Below, piece by piece: positions 18,849-28,763 of a DNA stretch of 41,964 nucleotides. Origin of the DNA: Pseudomonadota bacterium (lineage in GTDB: Bacteria > Bdellovibrionota_B > Oligoflexia > Oligoflexales > CAIYRB01). The first letter of the stretch is position 1. Each line of letters starts with the position of its first letter. The notes beneath the pieces were generated by a model, which was given only the letters and a program-made list of their open reading frames with translations, made no database searches and was not told the origin of the DNA. The stretch is from positions 1 to 41,964 of the forward strand of contig JANOTL010000119.1 of the NCBI GenBank assembly GCA_031416315.1, written 5' to 3'. Made by a program: the position numbers and the translations under genes.

Positions 18849-20770
18849 TGCAAAGGCTCTTCAACGAGACGCAACAGATCGGGCCCGGACGCTTCATGTG
18901 GGCGAACATCGCCGTCGTCGCGATCGTCAGCGCCCTCCTGTTCCGCCTCTGGTACGTGCAGATCTATCGCGGCGACTATTACCGCCAGATCTCCGAGAAC
19001 AACCGGATCCAATACATCGAGGTGCCGGCGGCGCGCGGCATCGTTTACGACCGCAACGGCCAGACGGTGCTGGGCAACCGGCCTTACTTCGACCTCGTGT
19101 ATGTGCCGCAGTTCGTGAAGGACACCGACACGACCTTCAAGATCTTGTCGCGGCTCCTGCACGTACCGGCGCCGGTCTTCCAGCGTCGCCTCAACATGGC
19201 GAAGGGGCTACCGAAGTACCTCCCCGTGAGCTTGAAGCGCAACCTCTCGCTGCACGAAGTCGCCGTCATCGAGTCGAACAAGATCTTCCTGCCCGGGATC
19301 GACGTCGCGCAGGCGCCGCGGCGCGATTACAAGGCGGTGACGCCTTCGCACGTCGTCGGCTATCTCGGCGAGATCTCGAAGAAGGAGCTCGTGCGGCAGA
19401 ACGACGAGAATCCCGACAATCCGTACCGGGCCGGGGACCTCATCGGCAAGCAAGGGCTGGAAGCGCGCTGGGAGCGCTACTTGCGCGGAGACCGGGGCAA
19501 CCGCTTGATCCAAGTCGACGCCTTCGGCCGCCAGGTCGACTCGCTGGAGCGCGCGTCCCTGAACCTGCCCGAGGTGGCGGCAGTGCCCGGCTCCGATCTC
19601 ATCCTGACGATCGACATGGAGCTGCAGGTGATCGCGCAGGAAGCCTTCAAAGGCAAGAACGGCGCCGTCGTCGCGCTCGACCCGCGGACGGGCGAGATCC
19701 TGGCTATGGTGAGCGAGCCCGGCTACGACCCCAACCTCTATCAGACCGGGATGTCGGCGGACAAATATCGCTCGCTCGTGGCGAACCCGTACAAGCCCTT
19801 CCTCGACAAGACGACGGGCGGCATCTTCATGCCGGGCTCGACCTGGAAAGCGGTGGTGGCGGTCGCTGGTTTGGAAGAAGGCGTGATCAACGCGAACAAG
19901 ACGATCTACTGCCCCGGCTACTACACCCTGGGCGACAAGACGATGAAGTGTCACGCGCACCAAGGCCACGGCACGGTGAACCTGCGCAAGGCGTTGATGA
20001 AATCTTGCGACGTCTACTTCTACAACCTGGGCGTCGAGCTCGGCGTCGACCGGATCGCCCGCTACGCGAACGAGCTCGGCATGGGCCAGAAGCTCGGCGT
20101 GAACTTGAACATGGAGCTGCCCGGCCTCGTGCCGACGACCGCGTGGAAACGGCTGACCGCGCGCGTGCCGTGGGCGGCGGGCGAGACGCCCTCGGTGGCG
20201 ATCGGTCAGGGCGCGGTGCAAACCACGCCGATGCAGATGGCGGCGCTCTACGCCGAGATCGGCATGGAGGGGAAGCTCTTCCGCCCGCACCTCGTCCGCC
20301 GGATCGTCAACCACGTCGGCGAGACGGTTCTAACCGAGGAGCCCGAGCTCATCCGCACCGCGAAGATCCGCCCGGAGACCTGGCGTCTGGTGAAAGAGGG
20401 CCTGACGGCCGTCGTCATGGACCAGGAAGGCACGGGGAAGAACGCGCGCGTCGAGGGCCAGGTCGTGGCCGGGAAGACGGGCTCGGTGCAGGTCGTGAGC
20501 CTGTCGCGAAACAGCGGCAAAGGGCAAAAGGACGTCAGCATGCAGTGGCGCGAGCACGCGATGTTCACGGCGTTCTCGCCTGCGGAGAATCCGGAGATCG
20601 CCTTGGCCATCGTCTCGGAGCACGACATCGTCGGCGGCGGCGGCGCCTCGGCCGCGCCGGTGGCGGGCAAGATCCTGAACGCGTTCTGGCGGCTGAAAAA
20701 AGACCGGGCGCGGCTCGCGCAAGCGGCGCAAACCCCGAAAGCGGAGGAACGCGATGTCAAGCGCAACTGA
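18848..20770 (+). CDS. mrdA: Penicillin-binding protein 2
   Basis: Start re-called at ATG 18848 (TGATG overlap). ARGIVYDRNG, GKQGLE, SxxK (GSTWK), SCD, KTG. Confidence 0.96.
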   Translation: MQRLFNETQQIGPGRFMWANIAVVAIVSALLFRLWYVQIYRGDYYRQISENNRIQYIEVPAARGIVYDRNGQTVLGNRPYFDLVYVPQFVKDTDTTFKILSRLLHVPAPVFQRRLNMAKGLPKYLPVSLKRNLSLHEVAVIESNKIFLPGIDVAQAPRRDYKAVTPSHVVGYLGEISKKELVRQNDENPDNPYRAGDLIGKQGLEARWERYLRGDRGNRLIQVDAFGRQVDSLERASLNLPEVAAVPGSDLILTIDMELQVIAQEAFKGKNGAVVALDPRTGEILAMVSEPGYDPNLYQTGMSADKYRSLVANPYKPFLDKTTGGIFMPGSTWKAVVAVAGLEEGVINANKTIYCPGYYTLGDKTMKCHAHQGHGTVNLRKALMKSCDVYFYNLGVELGVDRIARYANELGMGQKLGVNLNMELPGLVPTTAWKRLTARVPWAAGETPSVAIGQGAVQTTPMQMAALYAEIGMEGKLFRPHLVRRIVNHVGETVLTEEPELIRTAKIRPETWRLVKEGLTAVVMDQEGTGKNARVEGQVVAGKTGSVQVVSLSRNSGKGQKDVSMQWREHAMFTAFSPAENPEIALAIVSEHDIVGGGGASAAPVAGKILNAFWRLKKDRARLAQAAQTPKAEERDVKRN

Positions 20771-21914
20771 GAGCGTGGCGCGGATGCCGACGGGCGAGAT
20801 CCGCGAGAAGAAGGCAATCAACACGCGGATCCTGATCTGCCTCTTTATGGTCCTGGCGGTGATCGGGACGATCAATCTGTGGAGCGGCACGGCCGGCGGC
20901 GCGATCTTCTACGCGCAGCTCAGACACCTGGCGTTGGGTTTCGTCGCCTTCATCGTTTGCGCCTTTTTCGTGCATCCGCGGCATCTGGCGACCTATGCCT
21001 ATTGGCTCTTCGGCGCCATCTGCGCCCTCTTGATCGCGGTGCTCGCGATCGGCCGGATTGGCGGCGGCGCGCAACGTTGGATCGACCTCGGCTTCATCGG
21101 CATGCAGCCGTCGGAGCCGGCGAAGGTGATCGTGGCGATCGTCACGGCGCGATTCTTCGCGGTGGCGAAGCAGAGCCAGCCGTACCGCATCCGCGACATG
21201 TGGCCGCTCCTCGCGATGCTCTCGATCCTGTTCCTTTTGATCTTCACGCAGCCGGATCTGGGGACGGCCTGCCTGGTGGCCGGCGTCGGCGTCGTGCAGA
21301 TCTGCTTCATGCGCATCGACCGGCGGACGATCGGGGCCGTCGTCCTGATCGCGATGATCGCGATCCCGATCGTCTGGGTCTTCTTCATGTACGACTACCA
21401 GAAGTTGCGCGTCATCAACTTCCTGAACCCCGAGTACGACGTCAAAGGAACCGGCTACAACGCGCTGCAGTCCCTAGTGGCGATCGGCTCGGGCGGCCTG
21501 AACGGCAAGGGTTTCATGGCCGGGACGCAGACGCAGCTGTCGTTTCTGCCGAAAGGGCATACGGACTTTGTCTTCTCGGTGTTCGCCGAGGAGCACGGGT
21601 TCAAGGGCGGCGCGCTGCTCTTCCTCTTGTTCGGCGGCATTGCTTACGTCGCGCTGGAGATCGCGCGGCAAGCGAAAGATATGTTCTCGGCTCAGCTGGC
21701 CGTCGGGCTCGCGGCCTTCATTTTCTTCGAGTTCGTGGTCAACGTGGGGATGGTCTTGCGCATGTTCCCGATCGTCGGGATCCCGCTGCCGTTCTTCACG
21801 TACGGCGGGTCGATCTTACTGACGGTGTGCGCGGCCTTGGGGATGTTGGTGTCGATCGATCGGGACAATTTGGGGCGGTTCAGGAGGCCGGCGTCGCTCG
21901 GGCGAAAGCGATGA
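20754..21914 (+). CDS. rodA: SEDS peptidoglycan polymerase RodA
   Basis: GAQRWI, QPSE, QPDLGT, GYN..QS..AIGSGG, HTDFVF, GIPLPF.TYGGS. Confidence 0.96.
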   Translation: MSSATESVARMPTGEIREKKAINTRILICLFMVLAVIGTINLWSGTAGGAIFYAQLRHLALGFVAFIVCAFFVHPRHLATYAYWLFGAICALLIAVLAIGRIGGGAQRWIDLGFIGMQPSEPAKVIVAIVTARFFAVAKQSQPYRIRDMWPLLAMLSILFLLIFTQPDLGTACLVAGVGVVQICFMRIDRRTIGAVVLIAMIAIPIVWVFFMYDYQKLRVINFLNPEYDVKGTGYNALQSLVAIGSGGLNGKGFMAGTQTQLSFLPKGHTDFVFSVFAEEHGFKGGALLFLLFGGIAYVALEIARQAKDMFSAQLAVGLAAFIFFEFVVNVGMVLRMFPIVGIPLPFFTYGGSILLTVCAALGMLVSIDRDNLGRFRRPASLGRKR

Positions 21915-22110
21915 CGCCTTTTTCAGGACCTAAGAACCGCTGGATTGCCGTGGCGCTGAGTTTCCCGCAGGGGCGCGCCATCCTAGCCGTTGACCACGCG
22001 GCCAAAAACCTCTAGATTCCTCGCAAGACCAACTGAATTCCCGTCCGCATCTCGAGAGCACGCAGTGACGCGTGCGCGGCGTGGAGTTTTCCGTCCATGA
22101 GGGATGCACG

Positions 22111-22974
22111 ATGAGACATTCGATGAACATGCTGTCCGGCGTCGCGGTGCTCGCGCTCCTCGGAGCCGCCCAAGGTTGCGGTCAGGCCGCGTCGCAGGAC
22201 GTGAGCGACACGAAGATCATCGGCGGCGCCCCGGTCCCCGAGGGTCAGCAGGACGAAAGGCGATGGTCGACCGTGGCGCTCACCACCGATTTCCAGCGCG
22301 ACCCGGCGAACCCGTCGACCCTCGACGCGAACCATTCCTTCTGCTCCGGCACGATCGTCGCGCCGCGCATCATCTTGACGGCCGCGCACTGCGTGCAGAA
22401 GTTCGACGCGACGACGCGCGAGAAGCTCGACGAGCTCATCCTCCCGACCGCGAACGACTTCCTGATCTTCTTCGGCACGACGGTGAGCCGCAGCGGCAAA
22501 TGGCTGCGCGCCGCCGCGGCCATCCCGCATCCCGACTGGAGTCCGGCGGAGACCCTGTCGCCCCAGCCGACCGCAGCCCCGAACGACATCGCCGTCATCG
22601 TCCTCGGCGAGGACGTCCCGGCCGAGGCCAAGATCGCCGAGATCGGCGAGCCCACGGATTCGCTGCCCGCGCGCATCGCGCTCGCCGGCTACGGCGTGAC
22701 CACGAGCCGCAACACGAACGACACCGGCATCCTCCGCCAGGTCGAGTCGGCGGTCACCGGTAACGACGCCGCAGTGAAGCGCATCGGCGTCGGCGAGTTC
22801 TTCCGCGGCGCCTGCGCCGGCGACTCGGGCGGCCCGGCCTACGTGCAGAAGAACGGCAAATACGTGGTCGTGGGCGCGACGTCGACGGGCGCCGAGATCG
22901 CCGGTCAATGCCTCGGCCTGATGAACAACTACACCGACGCCCGCTACTACAAGGACTGGGTCCTCAACCGCTGA
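22111..22974 (+). CDS. S1 (chymotrypsin-fold) serine protease lipoprotein
   Basis: Signal ending AAQG-C, K-IIGG activation-type site, CSGT, LTAAHC, NDIAV, GDSGGP. Start re-called at ATG 22111. Confidence 0.92.
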   Translation: MRHSMNMLSGVAVLALLGAAQGCGQAASQDVSDTKIIGGAPVPEGQQDERRWSTVALTTDFQRDPANPSTLDANHSFCSGTIVAPRIILTAAHCVQKFDATTREKLDELILPTANDFLIFFGTTVSRSGKWLRAAAAIPHPDWSPAETLSPQPTAAPNDIAVIVLGEDVPAEAKIAEIGEPTDSLPARIALAGYGVTTSRNTNDTGILRQVESAVTGNDAAVKRIGVGEFFRGACAGDSGGPAYVQKNGKYVVVGATSTGAEIAGQCLGLMNNYTDARYYKDWVLNR

Positions 22975-23011
22975 GGCCTCGCCGCGATCCGAACGGCGCA
23001 CACGCGCCGCA

Positions 23012-23050
23012 AAGGCCTGGGAAACTTCAGTTTCCCAGGCCTTCGCTTTT
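23012..23050 (+). terminator. Probable intrinsic terminator
   Basis: AAGGCCTGGGAAAC-TTCA-GTTTCCCAGGCCTT 14-bp stem followed by CGCTTTT, downstream of the protease gene. Confidence 0.65.
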
Positions 23051-23099
23051 ACGCTATCCTCGCCGCCATTCCGAGAACGCGCGACGGAGGCGGTAAGCC

Positions 23100-24089
23100 G
23101 TGAAAACAATTCGCGAAATCCTTGCCTCACTCGACGAGTCCAGCGCGCCGCAGCACGCGTACCACGGCCTCTCTCCCGAGCAGCGCGCGCGCCTCGCGAC
23201 GCTCGACGTGGCGAGCTACACCGGGAAGGTCCGCGACGTCGTCTACCTTCCGGGCGGCGACGAGCTCCTCATCGTGCATTCCGACCGCCTCACCGCTTTC
23301 GACAAGCTGATCTCGATGGTCCCGTACAAGGGCACGATCCTGACGGCGATCTCCGAGTTCTGGCTGAAAGAAGCGCAGAAAGTCGTCCCGACCCACTACC
23401 TCGGAAGGCCGCACGAGCGCGTCCTGCGCACGCGTCGCACGACGCCGTTCAAGGCCGAGGTCGTCGTCCGCGGCCACCTCGCAGGCGCCATGCTCCGTTC
23501 CTACAAGGAAGGGACGCGCGACTACTGTGGCGCCAAGCTCCCGGACGGGCTCGGCGACTACGCCGAGCTGCCAAAGCCGATCATCACGCCGACGACGAAG
23601 GCCGCCGCGTTCGAGCACGACGAGAACGCCTCCCCCGCCGAGCTCGTCCGTCAGGAGGTCTGTACCGCCGCGCAATGGGCCGAGATCGAGACGAAGGCCT
23701 TCGCCCTCTTCGCCCACGGCAAGAAGGTCCTGGCGCAGCACGGCTGGATCCTCGTCGACACCAAGTACGAGTTCGGCCGCACGGGCTCGGGCGAGATCAT
23801 CGTCATCGACGAGGTCCACACGCCCGACTCCAGCCGTTTCTGGCTCGCGAAGACCTACGCCGAGCGGCTCGCGCGCGCCGAAGCCCCGGAGATGCTCGAC
23901 AAGGAGACGGTCCGCCGCTACTTGCTCGAGCGCGGCTTCAAAGGCGACGGGCCGGTTCCCCACGTGCCGGTCGATCAACTCGTGGCGCTCGCCAATCTCT
24001 ATCTCGATGTCACCGAGAAGCTTGTCGGCAAGCCGCTGCGGACCGATGGCGTCACGCCCCAGCAGGTTGCGATCGAGAGCCTCCTCTGA
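23100..24089 (+). CDS. purC: SAICAR synthetase
   Basis: YTGKVRDV, SDRLTAFD, KG, EVVVRG, TPTTKA, LVDTKYEFG, IDEVHTPDSSRFW, LDKE.VR. Confidence 0.96.
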   Translation: MKTIREILASLDESSAPQHAYHGLSPEQRARLATLDVASYTGKVRDVVYLPGGDELLIVHSDRLTAFDKLISMVPYKGTILTAISEFWLKEAQKVVPTHYLGRPHERVLRTRRTTPFKAEVVVRGHLAGAMLRSYKEGTRDYCGAKLPDGLGDYAELPKPIITPTTKAAAFEHDENASPAELVRQEVCTAAQWAEIETKAFALFAHGKKVLAQHGWILVDTKYEFGRTGSGEIIVIDEVHTPDSSRFWLAKTYAERLARAEAPEMLDKETVRRYLLERGFKGDGPVPHVPVDQLVALANLYLDVTEKLVGKPLRTDGVTPQQVAIESLL

Positions 24090-24628
24090 TGCCTGCGGCG
24101 ATTCGACTCCGTCCCGTGCGCGGCACGGATTCGGCGCTCCTCTTCGCCTGGCGCCAGGAAGACGAGACGAAGCGCTACAACCCGCTCGAGCCGGTGAGCT
24201 ACGCCGAATTCCTCGAGCGCCGCGTCCTGGAGTCCGGCGACCTCACGGACCACACGGTCGACACCTACAGGTACATGATCGACGCGCTCGACTCCGGCGA
24301 GCCCGAGCCCGTGGGATCCGTCTCGCTGAAGAGCGTCAGCCGCCGCATGGGCTTAGGCGAGCTCGGTTACGCGCTCACCGCCTCGGCGCAAGGCCAAGGC
24401 TACGGCACCGCCGCGGTGCGCGCCTGGATCGCGCTCATCTTCGAGCACACGACGCTCGAGCGGCTCTTCGCCCTCGTCGCTGCAGAGAACCTTGCCTCCT
24501 GCAAGCTCCTCGAGCGGCTCGGTTTCACGCGGGAAGGCTGCCTTCGCCAGCACTACGTGATCGAAGGCCGCCGCGTCGACGAGGTCTTTTACGGGCTCAT
24601 GCGGTCGGAGTGGAAGAGCTCGAGCTGA
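24089..24628 (+). CDS. RimJ/RimL-type GNAT N-acetyltransferase
   Basis: Start ATG 24089 (TGATG overlap). ELGYAL..QGQGYGT, EN.AS..LLERLGF..EG.LR. Confidence 0.9.
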   Translation: MPAAIRLRPVRGTDSALLFAWRQEDETKRYNPLEPVSYAEFLERRVLESGDLTDHTVDTYRYMIDALDSGEPEPVGSVSLKSVSRRMGLGELGYALTASAQGQGYGTAAVRAWIALIFEHTTLERLFALVAAENLASCKLLERLGFTREGCLRQHYVIEGRRVDEVFYGLMRSEWKSSS

Positions 24629-24807
24629 CCGGGCGCCTTCGCGTGCTTGCCGACCAAAGGCCGCTGGAACCGCGCCCCGTCGAGATAAATCGTGCGCGGA
24701 TCGTCCGGCAGCGGCTCGAAGTCGGGATCGGCTTCGGTCCGCGTCGTGGCGTAGCGGTTGTCCCGTCTCAGGGCGGCGCCGCGGCGCCTCTTGCGCTCTT
24801 CAGACAT
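24589..24807 (-). CDS. Candidate small protein (72 aa) with QLELF near its C-terminus
   Basis: Fills an otherwise empty gap. Codons end mostly in G/C like neighbouring genes. Overlaps the GNAT 3' end by 40 nt; RBS is weak. Confidence 0.4.
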   Translation of the reverse strand: MSEERKRRRGAALRRDNRYATTRTEADPDFEPLPDDPRTIYLDGARFQRPLVGKHAKAPGQLELFHSDRMSP

Positions 24808-24888
24808 GCGCCGAAGGGTACCTTAAATCCCAAGGCCCTTCGAACTTCGATCGCAAACCCATGAAAATACGGGTGAAACACGCACCCC

Positions 24889-24915
24889 TCAAGCCCGGCG
24901 CCATGGTGCCGAAAG
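24889..24915 (+). promoter_or_regulatory. sigma28 (FliA)-like promoter
   Basis: TCAA-N15-GCCGAAAG versus consensus TAAA-N15-GCCGATAA; ends 40 nt before the CDS at 24956. Confidence 0.65.
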
Positions 24916-24955
24916 TATTCCCGGTATCTTCGGACCGCATAGAGGACGTTTTCCC

Positions 24956-26194
24956 GTGAATATTGCCAGTCTAGAGGTTGCGATCGTCTATGTCTGCCGC
25001 GCCAGCATCCGACCCGTCGTGCGTCAGGAGCTGAAGGCGGCGGGGATCAAAAACCTCGTGCCGGTCGATACTCCCGAGAGTTGCATCCAAGCGCTCGCGC
25101 AGATGCCGCACGCGCTCCTCGTCGTCGACTGGGATCACGGCCAGAAAACCGTCAACAACGTGCTGCGCGCCGCGCAAAGCACCTTCAAGACCGATACCCG
25201 CCCGATTTTTTTGATCGCGGCGCAAGTCTCTATGGAGGTGATCGCGGTCGGCACCGAGTACAACGTGTCGCGCCTCCTTACCGGCGAGATCTCGCGTAGC
25301 GTCATTCACGAGCACGTCGAGGGCATCGTCCGCGAAGAGACGGACGCGGCGAGCATCCGCTCCCTTTTTCTGCGGGTCGCCGAGGCGCGGGCGCGCGGCG
25401 ACCTCGCCCTGGCGAGCGAGCGTTTGGTTGAGCTTCGCGCGCGCTTTCCCGATAATCTGCGCATCATCTGCGAGCTCGCCGACAACCTGATCCAGGAAGA
25501 CCGCTGGACCGAGGCGTACGCGATCCTCGAGCAGGCGAAAGCGCACGACCAGCAAAGCCTCCGCTCCCAGCACCTCACTGCGCGGTGCCTGATGAAGATG
25601 GGCAAGGACAAGGACGCCGCCGCGATCCTCGAGCGCTGCAATCTGATCAACCCGTTCAACGTCGAGCGCCTGATCGACCTCGGCCACGCGCTGCTGCGTC
25701 TGGGCGAGATCCGCGCCGCGGCCGCCAATTTCGAGGCGGTCCTCGAGCTCGACTTCGCCAACACCGAGGCCAAGAAGGGCACGGCCCAGTGCCGCCTCGC
25801 CGAAGGCGACGTGAACGAGGCCCTCGTCTTGCTGAGGCAGCTCTCCGGCCCGCAGGAGCTCGCCTCCATATTCAACAACGCCGCCATCCTCTCGATCCGC
25901 CAGGGCCGCTTCGATGCCGGCCTGACGCTGTACAAGACCGCGCTCGGCGCGGTCGGGAAGAAGGACCGCCTGGTCTCGCGGCTCCTCTTCAACTTGGGGA
26001 TCGCGCTGACGAAAAACCAGCGGATGGCGGAAGCGCTCGACTGCTTCGAGCGCGCCGTGACGCACGACCGGTTCTTCGAGAAGGCGCAGCACAATGCCTC
26101 CGTGCTGAAGGCGCGCCTCGGTCGCGTTGCTGTTACACTGGCAGACGATCAGTCCCCCGACTTCGAAGACGAGAAGGTCGACCGGATTCTATGA
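24956..26194 (+). CDS. Atypical receiver domain + TPR repeat protein
   Basis: N-terminal REC-like alpha/beta pattern (LLVVDWD; PIFLIAA). TPR helices (INPFNVERLIDLGHALL, LFNLGIAL, FERAV). GAGGA RBS before GTG. Confidence 0.8.
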   Translation: MNIASLEVAIVYVCRASIRPVVRQELKAAGIKNLVPVDTPESCIQALAQMPHALLVVDWDHGQKTVNNVLRAAQSTFKTDTRPIFLIAAQVSMEVIAVGTEYNVSRLLTGEISRSVIHEHVEGIVREETDAASIRSLFLRVAEARARGDLALASERLVELRARFPDNLRIICELADNLIQEDRWTEAYAILEQAKAHDQQSLRSQHLTARCLMKMGKDKDAAAILERCNLINPFNVERLIDLGHALLRLGEIRAAAANFEAVLELDFANTEAKKGTAQCRLAEGDVNEALVLLRQLSGPQELASIFNNAAILSIRQGRFDAGLTLYKTALGAVGKKDRLVSRLLFNLGIALTKNQRMAEALDCFERAVTHDRFFEKAQHNASVLKARLGRVAVTLADDQSPDFEDEKVDRIL

Positions 26195-27060
26195 AACGCT
26201 GGACCCAGACCGTACGCAACGTGCCGCAGCACTGGGTCGGCGACGGATTTCCCGTCCGCAGCCTGTTCTCTTACCTTGAGGGCGAGAAGTTCGACCCCTT
26301 TCTCCTCCTCGACTACGCTGCGCCGCAGGCCTTCCCGCCGGCCACGAAGAAGCGCGGCGTCGGCGAGCACCCGCACCGCGGCTTCGAGACGGTGACGATC
26401 GCCTATTCGGGTGAGATCGAGCACCGCGACTCCGCCGGCGGCGGCGGGCGCATCGGCCCGGGCGACGTGCAGTGGATGACGGCGGCGTCCGGGCTCGTCC
26501 ACGAAGAGTTCCACGGCGGCGCTTTCACGCAAGCCGGCGGCACGCTCGAGATGGTGCAGCTGTGGGTGAACTTGCCGAAAAAGGACAAGATGTCTTCGCC
26601 AAAGTATCAAGGCATCACCGACGCCTCCATCCCGAAGGTCGCGCTCGAAGGCGAGCGCGGCACGGTGCGCGTCATCGCCGGAAACTTCCGCGGCACGAAG
26701 GGGCCGGCGTCGACCTTCACGCCGATCGACCTCTGGGACGTGGCGGTGAAGACCGAAGGCGCGATCATCCTCCCCGTTCCGGAAGGCTACACCACGATGC
26801 TCGTCGTGCAGCGCGGCACCGTCGTCAACCACGAGGGGCAGGCGGCCGACGCCGGCGATCTGGTGATCTTCGAGCGCAAGGGCGAGAACGTCCGATTCAG
26901 CCCCAGCGCCGGCGCGCGCTTTCTCTTCCTGGGCGGCAAGCCGATCGGCGAGCCGGTCGTCGGCCAGGGGCCTTTCGTGATGAACACGCGCGACGAGATC
27001 CGGCAGGCCATCGCGGACTACCAGAGCGGCAAGATGGGGAAGCTCACGAGCGGAAATTGA
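26191..27060 (+). CDS. Pirin family protein
   Basis: Start ATG 26191 (ATGA overlap). DPFLLLD, HPHRGFETVT, QWMTAASG..HEE, QLWVNLP, GPFVMNT. Confidence 0.95.
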   Translation: MKRWTQTVRNVPQHWVGDGFPVRSLFSYLEGEKFDPFLLLDYAAPQAFPPATKKRGVGEHPHRGFETVTIAYSGEIEHRDSAGGGGRIGPGDVQWMTAASGLVHEEFHGGAFTQAGGTLEMVQLWVNLPKKDKMSSPKYQGITDASIPKVALEGERGTVRVIAGNFRGTKGPASTFTPIDLWDVAVKTEGAIILPVPEGYTTMLVVQRGTVVNHEGQAADAGDLVIFERKGENVRFSPSAGARFLFLGGKPIGEPVVGQGPFVMNTRDEIRQAIADYQSGKMGKLTSGN

Positions 27061-27081
27061 CCGCGGCGCCGCCGGCCTCGA

Positions 27082-27804
27082 TCACGGGAGGAACTCGATC
27101 CGGCTCATGTCCTCACGGATCGGCGCCGTGAGGTCTTTGGTGAGGTAATGGAATTTCCAGCCGCTCTCGTTGCGCAGAAAGCCGACGGTGAATTTCGCGT
27201 GGATCTCGTTGGCGGACTCGGTGACGCAGAAGCCGCCGACGACGGGGACGCTCTCGTTGAAACGGTTGACGGGCGGGAAGACGGTGTCCTTCGCCACCGT
27301 CGGCGCCCCGTTCCAGTCGGGCCACCTGCGCACGACGAGCATCGGCCTTTGCTCGACGGCGCAAACGGTGCCGCAGCCGTCTTTCACCGCCTCGGCGACG
27401 GTGATCCCGCCAAGTCCCATCTTGGTCATCCGCCCTTGCTCCTTGCCGGTGAGCGCGCGGCACATGGTCTTGAAGCGGAGCTTCTCGATGACGCGCGTCG
27501 CGCCGGCCTTGCGCCAACGAAAAACGTCCAGGCACGGTGACGCCGGCAGCGGGTCGTTGCAGGAGGATATGGAATAGCCGAAGTCGGGCCGCGAGACGGC
27601 GCGGGTGCGCATCGTGGTCGAGAGGCGCTCGAAGACGTGATGCAACTGGTTACCCGCGTCCCCTTTCGCCGCAAGCGCGGCTTTTCCCGCGGCGATGTTG
27701 GACATCAACGTGACGACGCCGTAGAGGACGACGCCGAGGATGCCGACGGCGACCATCATTTCGGCGAGCGTGAAGCCGGCCTGAGCTTTTAAGCGAAAGC
27801 GCAT
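27082..27804 (-). CDS. Prepilin-type N-terminal cleavage/methylation protein (minor pilin/pseudopilin-like)
   Basis: Start re-called at ATG 27804: MRFRLKAQAG|FTLAEMMVAVGILGVVL (G-F..E5 class III signal). Several Cys in the head domain. Confidence 0.88.
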   Translation of the reverse strand: MRFRLKAQAGFTLAEMMVAVGILGVVLYGVVTLMSNIAAGKAALAAKGDAGNQLHHVFERLSTTMRTRAVSRPDFGYSISSCNDPLPASPCLDVFRWRKAGATRVIEKLRFKTMCRALTGKEQGRMTKMGLGGITVAEAVKDGCGTVCAVEQRPMLVVRRWPDWNGAPTVAKDTVFPPVNRFNESVPVVGGFCVTESANEIHAKFTVGFLRNESGWKFHYLTKDLTAPIREDMSRIEFLP

Positions 27805-27824
27805 ACGCCCGTAGTATCGGCAGA

Positions 27825-28739
27825 TTAGGGACGAGCCTTGAGGCCTTGACCGTCGAGGCGGGCGTGCAGGCCGCAAAGGAGCGGAAATCGCGCCGGATCC
27901 CGGGCGAGTCCGGCGAGGTAAGCGCTCTCGGTGAGGCGGCCGAGGCGCACGTCGCGGGCCATGGAGTTCTCGTTGTCGGCCGTGGCGACCAGCAAAGCTT
28001 CCAGCGCCTGAAACGCCGCGTCCTTGGCGAAGGTCCAGGTTCCGAAGCGCTCGGCGCCAAGGCGCCAGGCCTCCTCGAAAACAGCGGCGAGCATCGGGAT
28101 GTCGGCCAGGAGCTCGCCGTTGCGAGGCAGGCGGCGCGTGGCGGCGAGGGAGTTGATGACCACGTTGAAGAGCCACTTGCGGCGCGCGAGCTTGACGACC
28201 TTCTCGTGCCAGCAGAACCGGGCGACGGCGCCGTGATGCGCCGTCAGCGCGATTTCGGCGGCCGACTTGGCGCCGCCGTCGAGCGGTCCGAAGGCGATCT
28301 CGCCCTCTTTGGCGCGTAGCGCGTAACGCCCCGGCTCGAGCGCCGACACGCCGAAGGTCACGAAGCCGAGCCGCGTGCCGCCCGCCGCGCGCACCTCGTC
28401 CTCGACGAAGCCGTTGGCGAGGGGGATGAGCACGGCGTCCGGCGAAAGCTCGCGCGCGCGGCGAAGTCCCGCCGCGAGATCGAAAGCCTTGACGGCGACG
28501 AAGGCCAGCTCGCAGTCGCGAAAAGCCGCCGGATCAGCGGTTTTGGCGCAGACGAGCCGCTCTTCGCCCGAAGGCAGGATCAGGCGCGCCGTCCAAGGCA
28601 TCGGGCCTTGCCGCCCGACGAAGCTCGACTGGAAGCCGCGCTCTTCGAGGGCCGCCGCCAAAAGCGTGCCGATCGCTCCGTTGCCGATGATCGCCGCCCG
28701 TCGCAAAGTGAAGCCCTTCCTATCGAAATTCATTGCCAT
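27825..28739 (-). CDS. panE: Ketopantoate reductase (PanE/ApbA family)
   Basis: IIGNGAIG Rossmann motif, VAVKA, NG, K..FN..IN, N.NSM..D...GR.TE..YL.G. Confidence 0.85.
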   Translation of the reverse strand: MAMNFDRKGFTLRRAAIIGNGAIGTLLAAALEERGFQSSFVGRQGPMPWTARLILPSGEERLVCAKTADPAAFRDCELAFVAVKAFDLAAGLRRARELSPDAVLIPLANGFVEDEVRAAGGTRLGFVTFGVSALEPGRYALRAKEGEIAFGPLDGGAKSAAEIALTAHHGAVARFCWHEKVVKLARRKWLFNVVINSLAATRRLPRNGELLADIPMLAAVFEEAWRLGAERFGTWTFAKDAAFQALEALLVATADNENSMARDVRLGRLTESAYLAGLARDPARFPLLCGLHARLDGQGLKARP

Positions 28740-28763
28740 TTTCCTGTGGTTCCAGGGTTCCCG

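Noticed and set aside
21951..21965. TGGCGCTGAGTTTCC as a sigma54 promoter for the S1 protease
   Set aside because: The conserved GC at -12 is CC, and no enhancer-like palindrome is evident.
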